From assembly GCA_949286165.1 (NCBI GenBank), contig CASDZK010000004.1:3302-67301 (forward strand): a DNA stretch of 64,000 bases. The letters run 5' to 3'. Position 1 is the stretch's first letter. Every line of letters starts with the position of its first letter. Origin of the DNA: an uncultured Alistipes sp. GTDB lineage: Bacteria > Bacteroidota > Bacteroidia > Bacteroidales > Rikenellaceae. The notes under the pieces were generated by a model. The model was not told where the DNA came from and searched no databases. It saw nothing but the letters and a program-made list of their open reading frames with translations. A program made the translations under genes and the position numbers. Below, one piece after another: positions 9,746 to 18,668 of this stretch.

Positions 9746-10663
9746 TCAGAGGGTCTCCAGCCACTGGAAAACCGTCTCCAACGCCCGCTCCCGAATCGGC
9801 CTGCGGCTCAAAAAAAGGTCGTGCATTCCTCCCGGAACCGTACGGTATGTTATCCGGGTTCCCAGACAAAAAGCGTATTTTTCGATGTCTTTCACATTCA
9901 ACACCACATCGGCATAATGGATATCCTCGTTCCATACCCGCGGATACAGCGAACGGTCCGACGACAGGACCAGAACGGGAACACGTATATCCAACCCTTT
10001 TTTCACGCACCGCTGCGCGCGGAACACGGCTCTCAACCATGCCAGATACAACGGAACGCCCTCGATCGGTTTCAGGGATAAATCATAGTTCCACTCTCCC
10101 CGCATCGAAACATGTATGCTTTCGCCGTAAAAAGGAGAAAGCTCGTTCTTTTTCGCCAAATAGGGAAACAGACGGCTGAAAACCGACACCGCAGGAATCA
10201 AAACGTATTTTTTCAATGCGGAAGTATTGAATTCCAGAAAAGGACTGTTCAGCACCACGGCCGATATTTTTTCCCGCAAAGTCCCTTTCGCAGCATAAAG
10301 CGAAGCCAACAGACCTCCGGTAGAATGCCCCAGCAAAATTACCTCCCGGTAACCGCAAGCCAAAATCTCCCGTATCGCATACGTAATATCGACATCGTAC
10401 TCGCGCATCGACCGGCAATAATTGAAATGTTGGTGCGGCAGGAACGAATGGCCGTATTTCCTCAATTCAAGCGCGAAAAAACCGTACCCCTCCTCCATCG
10501 TCTTTTCGGCCAGATGGTCCTGAAAGAAATAGTCCACATACCCGTGTATATACAACACGGCCCCGCCCCGGTCCTTCTTATCCGGCAAAGCCCGTATCAA
10601 CGTGACCACGACACGACCTTCGTAATCGTCCGGCATTTCCGCCGTTTTATATACGTATTCCAT
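9746..10663 (-). CDS. alpha/beta-fold hydrolase (lysophospholipase/monoacylglycerol-lipase-like)
   Basis: Oxyanion region LYIHGY, nucleophile elbow GHSTGG and C-terminal GGMHDLF histidine region; 305 aa. Confidence 0.85.
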   Translation of the reverse strand: MEYVYKTAEMPDDYEGRVVVTLIRALPDKKDRGGAVLYIHGYVDYFFQDHLAEKTMEEGYGFFALELRKYGHSFLPHQHFNYCRSMREYDVDITYAIREILACGYREVILLGHSTGGLLASLYAAKGTLREKISAVVLNSPFLEFNTSALKKYVLIPAVSVFSRLFPYLAKKNELSPFYGESIHVSMRGEWNYDLSLKPIEGVPLYLAWLRAVFRAQRCVKKGLDIRVPVLVLSSDRSLYPRVWNEDIHYADVVLNVKDIEKYAFCLGTRITYRTVPGGMHDLFLSRRPIRERALETVFQWLETL

Positions 10664-10817
10664 AATCCTGACGCTATGTTTTTAAAACGAAAACAAACTC
10701 AAGAATAGTACAAAACCTGCGATATTCTCTCCGTCCGTTAGAAAACGAATTTTGAAACGGCAAAACATCCGGCCGGGCATACTATTTGAATCGATAGTTT
10801 TAAAAATAGAAAATGCC

Positions 10818-11564
10818 ATGCAAAAAGAAAAAAGGCACATTGAACCGGGGACGACCCAGGCTCCGGAAAAATATAAGATAGTCATTGCGGACCAAGGTCC
10901 TTATTTGGTTTTCGGCCAACCGCCCCTGCAACAGGAATTCATCGTCGCGGAGGGAAAATTCAATTTATTGAAATACGTCCCGGGCGTTCGTTTCGCCATG
11001 CCGGACGAACCTACGGCCCTGTGCCGGTGCGGAGGCTCGGCCCGCAAACCCTATTGCGACGGCAGCCATGAAAAAACGGCCTGGGAACCGGAACTGACCG
11101 CCGGCTTGTCGCCCATACAGGAAGAGGCGGAACAGTACGAAGGGCCGAAAATCCGGATGACCGATAATGAGAACTACTGCGCTTTCGCCCGATTCTGCGA
11201 CGTAGGCGGCAGGGTTTGGAATCTGGTTGAAAACGGAGCGGACGAAACAAGCGCGGCAACCGCCGTGGAAGAGTGCAATCTATGTCCGGGCGACCGCCTT
11301 CGGGCCTGGGATAAAGAAACGGGCGAACCGCTGGAAGTACATCTCGACCCCTCTTTGGGACTGATCGAAGACGAACCCTTGTCCGTCAGCGGTCCCCTGT
11401 GGGTCAAAGGCGGCATCCCACTGGACAGCGAAACAGGCATCCGGTTCGAATTGAGGAACAAGATGGCGCTTTGCCGGTGCGGACAATCATCCAACATGCC
11501 CTATTGCGACGGAACACACGCCAATGTTCGGTTCCGCGACGGTCTGCCCGGTCGGAAGAAATGA
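10818..11564 (+). CDS. CDGSH iron-sulfur domain protein (two CDGSH motifs plus central Cys cluster)
   Basis: CRCGGSARKPYCDGSH (nt 11022-11069) and CRCGQSSNMPYCDGTH (nt 11472-11519). A Cys-rich middle region lies between them (YCAFARFCD...EECNLCPGD). The start is uncertain (ATG 10818 versus the upstream alternative at 10752). Confidence 0.8.
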   Translation: MQKEKRHIEPGTTQAPEKYKIVIADQGPYLVFGQPPLQQEFIVAEGKFNLLKYVPGVRFAMPDEPTALCRCGGSARKPYCDGSHEKTAWEPELTAGLSPIQEEAEQYEGPKIRMTDNENYCAFARFCDVGGRVWNLVENGADETSAATAVEECNLCPGDRLRAWDKETGEPLEVHLDPSLGLIEDEPLSVSGPLWVKGGIPLDSETGIRFELRNKMALCRCGQSSNMPYCDGTHANVRFRDGLPGRKK

Positions 11565-11574
11565 GCGGACGAAA

Positions 11575-12498
11575 TTACTCTTTCGACCAAATGCGCGTAT
11601 TCAGATTCAATGCGTCCACAATGCCGATCAATCGGCAAACCGTATCGAATTCCCTGCGAATACGTTCCCGATTCAGATGGGTCCGGAACACGGACAGTTC
11701 GAAATGGTCGGTATTGTCGGGAAGAGCCACTAAGATTTTCGATTCATAGAAACCGACCGTCAAAGCATCGGAAAACGCGTCGTTCAATTTCAGCAGCTGC
11801 TCCATCATCGTCGGCGACAACAAATAACGGGCTTCTACAGGATCCGAAGCATACACGTCGAACTTCGCTTCAAAATCGGGATTTTCGAGTTTGATCCGCT
11901 CCCCGCTCCAATCGATTTTCAACAGGCTGTTCCGGCATACCCGCGTCCGCCCTGAGAAATCTTTATGAAAATCGGCGACGAACAAAAAACCTCTGAACAA
12001 AGTGGAATAATAAGTCCGGGTCTGCCCCTTCCCATTCGTCGTCACATGTTTTTCTTCCGCATGGACCTCTGCGAACATGAAGTCCGTTTTATCTACCTTT
12101 CCCCGGATCAGGTCTTCGGTGCGATAACGGTCGGGAACTCCCGAAAAAAGACCGGATTCCACAAACAGAGATTCGGCAATCCCTTTTTCCGGTTCGTAAA
12201 GGCAGGAAGGATGGGCCGCCCTTACCATGCGGGCAATGACCTCTTTCTTGTAAAACCCGGTCAGTTTCCCGACTTGCGCGCAAATGGAAACCCACAAAAT
12301 AAAAACCGTAGATACGATTACCGCAACGAACAGGAGTTCCGGATCGCGAGGCAGGACAAAACACAGCAGTATAGCCACCGCCACGCTGATACATCCGCCG
12401 ATCCAAACCCCTCTTCGGCGCAATTCCCTTCTCCTTTTTTCCAGCATTGCCAACGACGGTTCCAATCGCCGGTACAATGTCTCAAACGATTCGGCCAT
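11575..12498 (-). CDS. DUF3137-like membrane protein
   Basis: N-terminal charged coil, then two TM helices. C-terminal region has TLFRGFLFVADFHKDFSGRTRV, which matches my memory of DUF3137. It lies 12 bp downstream of LemA. Confidence 0.65.
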   Translation of the reverse strand: MAESFETLYRRLEPSLAMLEKRRRELRRRGVWIGGCISVAVAILLCFVLPRDPELLFVAVIVSTVFILWVSICAQVGKLTGFYKKEVIARMVRAAHPSCLYEPEKGIAESLFVESGLFSGVPDRYRTEDLIRGKVDKTDFMFAEVHAEEKHVTTNGKGQTRTYYSTLFRGFLFVADFHKDFSGRTRVCRNSLLKIDWSGERIKLENPDFEAKFDVYASDPVEARYLLSPTMMEQLLKLNDAFSDALTVGFYESKILVALPDNTDHFELSVFRTHLNRERIRREFDTVCRLIGIVDALNLNTRIWSKE

Positions 12499-12510
12499 AC
12501 ACCTTTTTCA

Positions 12511-13065
12511 TTAAGAACGGAACAACCGCTTTACATCCGGGGCCTCCCGTTCGGCTTCCGGAATAGCCAATACTTCTTTTTCCTTGAAATTAAATAATTT
12601 AGCCACTAAATTCGACGGGAACATCCTCGTCATGTTATTGTAATCGGTCACACAGGCGTTATAGGTACGCCGCGCCGCAGACAACTGCTCCTCCGTTTCG
12701 TTCAATGCACGCTGCAATTGCATGAAATTATCGGACGCTTTCAATTCCGGATAATTCTCGACAGCCAGCATCAATTGCCTGTTCGCCTCATTCAACCGGC
12801 GATCGACGGCTTGTTTTTCCTCCATCGACAAACCCTCGAAAGATTCCGTCCGTAAAGCCGTAATACGCTCCAAAGTCTCCCGTTCATGCGAAGCGTACTG
12901 CTGCACGGTCGCCACGAGATTCGGAATCAGATCAAACCGTTTCTTCAGCATGGCATCGATCGTTCCGAACGCATTGGTTATCGCATTGCTTTTCTGAATC
13001 AGTCGATTGTAATCGAGCACAAAAACCAATAGCACTACTGCTAATATCGCTACTCCTATTATCAT
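12511..13065 (-). CDS. lemA: LemA family protein
   Basis: Single N-terminal TM, then YNRLIQKSNAITNAFGTIDAMLKKRFDLIPNLV...YASHERETLERITALR...YPELKASDNFMQLQ, typical of LemA. Confidence 0.9.
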   Translation of the reverse strand: MIIGVAILAVVLLVFVLDYNRLIQKSNAITNAFGTIDAMLKKRFDLIPNLVATVQQYASHERETLERITALRTESFEGLSMEEKQAVDRRLNEANRQLMLAVENYPELKASDNFMQLQRALNETEEQLSAARRTYNACVTDYNNMTRMFPSNLVAKLFNFKEKEVLAIPEAEREAPDVKRLFRS

Positions 13066-13082
13066 CTTTGTATTTTTAATAA

Positions 13083-16000
13083 TTATTTAACTTCTATCGT
13101 TTGACCTGCCGTATTGGCATTGATTTTCTGGTTATACATCGCCTCGCAACGCGTTGCCGGCATATAAAACCGCCCTTTGTAAGCGGCCGACAACGGCGTT
13201 CTGACAGTAATCTGCCCGCCTACCGGCAATTGGTCGATAAAGGAATAAATCCGGTCGTCGCGCACATCGCGATAAGCAATTCCCGTACCCGGAGAAACCG
13301 CTCCGAACAATGTGTTTTCGATTTCCCAACCGGCCGGAACAACTTCTTCCAAAGCCAAATTGTTCAAAGCGGCAACAGAACGATTGCTAATCGTAATTTC
13401 CGAATAAAACGCCGTTCCCTGTTCCAATGCCGTTATATCCACCGTTCTTCCGAAACGGTCGATAAACCGCCGGGTAATTTCCACTCCGTTGGCATGCGCC
13501 CGTTCCTGTTCCGGCGCAGCCATCCCCTCGCACCAGATATTCAGAAACAACGCTCCGTCCCCATAGTTCATCAACCGGATTTCGGACTCTTCCCTATGGC
13601 GCACTTCCGGAGCGAACGATAACACGGACCGGCCCTGAGACTCGCCCGCATCGAACGTCTTTCCGTCTACCTGCAAACTGAAATCCATTTCAGAAGGCAC
13701 AGGATAAGCCGCAATGTATTTCGACATGGCCATCAAGGAGAAAGCGATCGACTGCGTACTCAACCATTGATCGGAAGCGAGCGTCCCCGCAATCCGATAA
13801 GCTAATTCGGAAGCCCGTACCCCATTATTGACTCCCAGATTGGCCAACAACAGAATAGCCGTATTCCGATTTTCATCGCCATAAGTCAACGCATAAGTCG
13901 TTCCCGCATCGGACAAATTTCCGCGAAGCAGCGTTTCCGCGATATTTTTGCGTCCGATCCTTGCGTATGCGGTCGCCAGCATAGCTCGGGCCGGACCGGA
14001 CAAATTGGGATTTTCATACAATCGGTTCATCGCCCCGATTTCCTCATTTCCGGCCAACGCCAGCAGATACAACCGGTAAGCCTGTATCAGCATCTGCTCT
14101 CCGCTCTGCGGAGAATCGGCATACTGCCACTGACGTGCGGAACGGTAAATTCTATCTTGCAACGAACGATAGAGCGACATGGGAACCGAAAAACCCCTGT
14201 CCTTAGCCTCCGACATGAAATGAAACGCATACAGAGTTCCCCAGACGGACACGTCCGTTCCGCCCGGCCAATAAGAAAGCATCTCTTCGGGCGTCTGGTA
14301 ATTGACCAAACGCGATAAAGCCGACCGAACCCGGTTCTCATACGACAACAACGTTTGCCGGTCGGCCTGCATTAACATTCCCGCGTACAAAAAGGGGAAA
14401 GCGCCCGACACCAGCTGTTCCACACAGGCATACGGATAATCTTCCAGATATTTCAACCGCGCGCTAAGATGCATGGCCGGAACGCGCGACACCTCTATCA
14501 ACATCTTGTTGGTTCCCCGTTTCCCCGGCAGCGCGACTTTTTCGGACACGGAAGACTCCGCTACGACGTTGCGGGTCACATGCGTCGAAACAGGCGTGTC
14601 CACGGACCGGATTTTTATATCGGTATCGGAGAAAGAACGGCCGGAAACGGCTTCCGCCCGCAATTTCACGTTCGCCCGCCCCGGACGATCCGACACTTTT
14701 ACCCGGAAAAATACCGTCGTATCGCCTTTTTCTGCCAGCCGGACCGTCTTACGGGTATCTTCCTGAGGCAAAAGATTTTTCCCCGTCTCCAACGAAACCT
14801 GTATGTCGCCTACCCGCTCTTCCATGGCGAAAACCGTAGCTCCGACTTCGAACGTATCTCCGGGAGAAAGCACCCGGGGCAAAGTAGCCAGCACCATGAC
14901 CGGATTCACTACCTTTACCTCCCGGTCGGCATGACCGGAAGCCTGGTCGTTCGCCGCCACGACCATAATCCGGACGGTTCCTGCAAAATTGGGAATCTCT
15001 ACCGTATGCTTTCGCTTCTTGTTTTTCTCCAGCGTAAAGGTTCCCAAAGAGAGAGCGACCGGCTTGAAACGATTGACCGTTACCGTATTTTTGGCAGCCA
15101 GCATGCCGTCGCCGCCGATGCTGAACAACTGTTCGATCCGTCCGCCGTAAGCCCCGAAAATATACTGATAAGAGTCCCACGTATCCACTCCCAAAGCCTG
15201 CCGGGCGAAAAACGTATTCCACGGATCCGGGGTCTGAAAATTGGTCAAATCGAGCAACCCTTCATCCACGACGGCCAACGTATAGGTCATGGGCCTTCCT
15301 CTATCTTCCGACACCTCGATATCGAATTTCGTCATCGGCTTAACTTGTTCCGGAGCTTCGATACGGGGCAACAACCGGGTATTTTCCGACTCCACCATGA
15401 CGGGCACCACGCCGTACAAACGAATGGGCATATCGTTTTTTACCGCACCGTAAGGCTGAATCAACGTCACATACGCATATACGTTCGGCAACATGGCCTC
15501 CGTAGCCCGGAACGAGAAGGAAGTCCGCGTTCCCGAACACTTGATCCGGGCAGTCTCGAGAATCTCCGTACCGCTCTCCAGCGACACGATCGCCTCCGCT
15601 CCGTCCATCGAAGGGAAGGAAAGCGTTACCTTGTCCCCCGTTTCATAAACCGCCTTGTCGGTATGCAACACCAACATCGTCGCCTCGTCGCCTTCCCGCA
15701 TTTCGCCCCGGGCCGATTCATCGTAGAAATATCCCATCACGGCGGAAGAATGCCCGCTCCGATAGTCGGTAGCTACAAAGACATACGTTCCCCAATCCTC
15801 ATCCGGAACCGAAAACTCAAAGGAAGCCTTTCCGGCTCCGTCGGTATGCAACACCTGGGAAAACACGGGAGTATGGTACGCATCGGACAAATAATCGGCC
15901 AAATCGCTCCGCTGGCTGCTCCACCACCAGTACCATTTTACCTTGTACACAGCTACATCTATCCGTCTCTGCGCTACAGGAGTGCCGTCCGCTTTCAAAT

Positions 16001-18575
16001 CGACCAACTTGAAAACGTACGGCCGGTTCGTCGCCATCGTCTCCCGTTCCGCCACGGGCGAACCGATTCCCACATAACTCTCGTAAGGAGAATATTTGAC
16101 CGACAAGCCGTTGATGCTGTATTCCCCGCTCGTTTCGTAAACCCGGGTAACCAAAGACGCATCCAACATTCCCGGCGCATTCCCGCCGATTCCCAAATCA
16201 ACCGGCATTACCGCCGTTCCTTCGGCATCGGTGGTTCCTTCCGATAAAACGATCTGTTCTCCGGAAAAAGATTTGGACGGATTATCGAAAACATAGTCCG
16301 TATATCCCTCGAAAACAGTTTTTCCGGCCGAAAAATCGGCTTTCACGGAATATTTCAGGTTCCTCGCCACGGCCCCCGTCAACCATTCCGTTTCAAGCGT
16401 CAGCGTATTCCGGCCCTTATGCAACAGAGGTTGCGCATGAAGGTCCACTTTCAAACGGTTGGGCTTCACGGTTTCTATACGCAGTTTTTTCTGGAAACGG
16501 GCCCCACCCAACGAAGCCGTTACGCTCCATGTCCCCGTAGGAGCATTCTGAGCTACCGGTACGTCGAAAGCATAAAAACGGTTTTGTCCCTTCACGCTTT
16601 TCGTCGCATAAACCTGTCCCAACGGATTCTGCAACTTGAACGTAACGGGATGATCGGCAGGAAGTTTTCCGAAACGGTCCCTGACAATCAAATTCAGATG
16701 CAGCGTATCTCCCGGACGCCAGACACCCCGTTCTCCGTACAGGTATCCCTGAATGCCTTTTTGCAAGGGTTCGCCCCATACTTCGAAATTGCTGAGCGAC
16801 AGGGCCGACGCATGATCCACCCGCAAATAAGCGCGTTGCGTCCCTTTCCCCGCAACGATATAGTGCGGAACGGACCGGCCGTACACCAGATCGGCCGTAC
16901 CGGAAGCGTCCGTTATCCCCTTGGCGACCAACTGATGCTGGTAATTATATACCCGCATATCCACCAGTTCTTCCGGCCCTCCGGTTAAAATATTATTAAC
17001 CATGACCTGCATCCGGCCACTATGTCCGTTTTTAACAATCAATGCCAAATTGGACATCATCACGTTCTTAGAAACGGTTTTGTCCACATAATAAGAATCG
17101 GAACAGGGATTCTCTCTTTGAGTCCAGTCGTAATTCGACCAGTCATAATCGGAATTGTAATAATAATACCCCCCTTCCTCGAACCTGTCGATATTCCGTT
17201 GCAACAACTGCGCATCTTCCCGGGCCAGCTCCTCCGGCGACAATTCGACCGAACGGCCACAATCATAAGTAGAGAAACGACGATCGAAAGAAAGTTCCAA
17301 ATGATACAACGCCCCCGGTTCCGGCGCCATTATATCCCGCAAATTCAATGCATAGGTCGTCCAGCGTCCCGGATCGAAATTCACGCGACCGTCCAACAAC
17401 ACGGTCTTACAGGCTACCGGCATCCCCACTTCGGACAATCTGCCGAAATCCGAAAGATTATCCGATTGCAGAAACTGTCCAATATTGTTCTCGAAAATTT
17501 TAATCACTTTAATCCGTACGGCCCGTAAATTAATCGTCTGAAAAGCGATATTGACCGAATCGTTTTCCGGAAGAATGATCCCTCTGCCGACAAATCGAGC
17601 ATTCGGTTTACTGGAAAAAGTTTCTACCGTTACCTCCCCGGAATCGGACAAACGATTTCCGTTTTTACTGCGGATACCAGCATCCACGCGAATACGGGCA
17701 TGTTCAGCCACCTCTTGCTGCCCCAAATACAAACGAATACTGTTATTATCCGCAACGGCAGGAATATCCTCCGTTTCCACAATTTCCACCAGCCCGCTCA
17801 AATCCTGCTGAGGATCCACCTGTTCCGAAAAAATCAGTTCGACATACCGTTCCGGCGAAGAAACATAACGTTTATCATACAAATAAAACTTGCCACGAAC
17901 GGGAATAGGAACCGCCAATCGTTCGGATTCTTTTAATCCGATTTTATTCTTAACGGTTTTTATTTCGTACGTAAAGGACTCTTTCTCCGGTTTTCGAATT
18001 CCCTCAATCCAAAATTGATGCCGCCTGCCGTCCGCCGAATGGGTCCAACGCACCGAATCTTTTCCGGGAAACCGAACGGCTCTTTCCACCTCTTCGGCCA
18101 TTTCGTTATCCCGCGTCGTAATTTCCGCCGCAATCACACACTCATCGTCAGCATTTACTTCAAAATCGAGCAAATGCAACACGGCTTCGGGCGAAAAAAC
18201 CGAAAAGAAATATTCAAAAGGCAAAGCATCGGACTGATCAAACAACGATTGAATATTTACCGTAACAGAATATCGAGTTCCCGGAATAAAATTTTCCTTC
18301 GGACTGATTTTCATCGTGCGTCCGTCTTCCGCCATAAGAATATCCACGGGAATTGCAGGATTGATCTTTACAGCGGCATGCAACGTATCCGCCGATCGAT
18401 TCACAATCGGTACGGTATCCCGAAATACAATGGTCACGGGCATATTTTTGGGAATATTTCCCGTAGAAAAAGCCTCTACATATTTATTATAACGTATTTC
18501 TTTTATCCCTTCCTGCTCCCGACATCCAATCAGAAACAAAAGAAACAGAAACCAATATCCGTTCCGTATTTTCAT
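13083..18575 (-). CDS. bacterial alpha-2-macroglobulin family lipoprotein (thioester type, YfhM-like)
   Basis: About 1830 aa. Lipoprotein signal MKIRNGYWFLFLLFLIGC starts at ATG 18575. Thioester motif YPYACVEQ has CVEQ at nt 14415-14426. It is adjacent to pbpC. The ORF-track start at 18692 overlaps pbpC and is unlikely. Confidence 0.9.
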   Translation of the reverse strand: MKIRNGYWFLFLLFLIGCREQEGIKEIRYNKYVEAFSTGNIPKNMPVTIVFRDTVPIVNRSADTLHAAVKINPAIPVDILMAEDGRTMKISPKENFIPGTRYSVTVNIQSLFDQSDALPFEYFFSVFSPEAVLHLLDFEVNADDECVIAAEITTRDNEMAEEVERAVRFPGKDSVRWTHSADGRRHQFWIEGIRKPEKESFTYEIKTVKNKIGLKESERLAVPIPVRGKFYLYDKRYVSSPERYVELIFSEQVDPQQDLSGLVEIVETEDIPAVADNNSIRLYLGQQEVAEHARIRVDAGIRSKNGNRLSDSGEVTVETFSSKPNARFVGRGIILPENDSVNIAFQTINLRAVRIKVIKIFENNIGQFLQSDNLSDFGRLSEVGMPVACKTVLLDGRVNFDPGRWTTYALNLRDIMAPEPGALYHLELSFDRRFSTYDCGRSVELSPEELAREDAQLLQRNIDRFEEGGYYYYNSDYDWSNYDWTQRENPCSDSYYVDKTVSKNVMMSNLALIVKNGHSGRMQVMVNNILTGGPEELVDMRVYNYQHQLVAKGITDASGTADLVYGRSVPHYIVAGKGTQRAYLRVDHASALSLSNFEVWGEPLQKGIQGYLYGERGVWRPGDTLHLNLIVRDRFGKLPADHPVTFKLQNPLGQVYATKSVKGQNRFYAFDVPVAQNAPTGTWSVTASLGGARFQKKLRIETVKPNRLKVDLHAQPLLHKGRNTLTLETEWLTGAVARNLKYSVKADFSAGKTVFEGYTDYVFDNPSKSFSGEQIVLSEGTTDAEGTAVMPVDLGIGGNAPGMLDASLVTRVYETSGEYSINGLSVKYSPYESYVGIGSPVAERETMATNRPYVFKLVDLKADGTPVAQRRIDVAVYKVKWYWWWSSQRSDLADYLSDAYHTPVFSQVLHTDGAGKASFEFSVPDEDWGTYVFVATDYRSGHSSAVMGYFYDESARGEMREGDEATMLVLHTDKAVYETGDKVTLSFPSMDGAEAIVSLESGTEILETARIKCSGTRTSFSFRATEAMLPNVYAYVTLIQPYGAVKNDMPIRLYGVVPVMVESENTRLLPRIEAPEQVKPMTKFDIEVSEDRGRPMTYTLAVVDEGLLDLTNFQTPDPWNTFFARQALGVDTWDSYQYIFGAYGGRIEQLFSIGGDGMLAAKNTVTVNRFKPVALSLGTFTLEKNKKRKHTVEIPNFAGTVRIMVVAANDQASGHADREVKVVNPVMVLATLPRVLSPGDTFEVGATVFAMEERVGDIQVSLETGKNLLPQEDTRKTVRLAEKGDTTVFFRVKVSDRPGRANVKLRAEAVSGRSFSDTDIKIRSVDTPVSTHVTRNVVAESSVSEKVALPGKRGTNKMLIEVSRVPAMHLSARLKYLEDYPYACVEQLVSGAFPFLYAGMLMQADRQTLLSYENRVRSALSRLVNYQTPEEMLSYWPGGTDVSVWGTLYAFHFMSEAKDRGFSVPMSLYRSLQDRIYRSARQWQYADSPQSGEQMLIQAYRLYLLALAGNEEIGAMNRLYENPNLSGPARAMLATAYARIGRKNIAETLLRGNLSDAGTTYALTYGDENRNTAILLLANLGVNNGVRASELAYRIAGTLASDQWLSTQSIAFSLMAMSKYIAAYPVPSEMDFSLQVDGKTFDAGESQGRSVLSFAPEVRHREESEIRLMNYGDGALFLNIWCEGMAAPEQERAHANGVEITRRFIDRFGRTVDITALEQGTAFYSEITISNRSVAALNNLALEEVVPAGWEIENTLFGAVSPGTGIAYRDVRDDRIYSFIDQLPVGGQITVRTPLSAAYKGRFYMPATRCEAMYNQKINANTAGQTIEVK

Positions 18576-18668
18576 CGTATTCCCTTTTGTCATTTTTCTC
18601 GTTACAGTCTCTTTCCGAGAATCATTATTTTGTAAAGATAATATATTTTCGTATCTTGTGAATAACAT

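Noticed and set aside
14469-16247. 592-aa plus-strand ORF, plus several shorter ones, lying inside the A2M gene
   Set aside because: It is antisense to a gene with strong motif support. The translation is R/H/G/P-rich and low-complexity, with no recognisable domain, as expected for off-frame reads.
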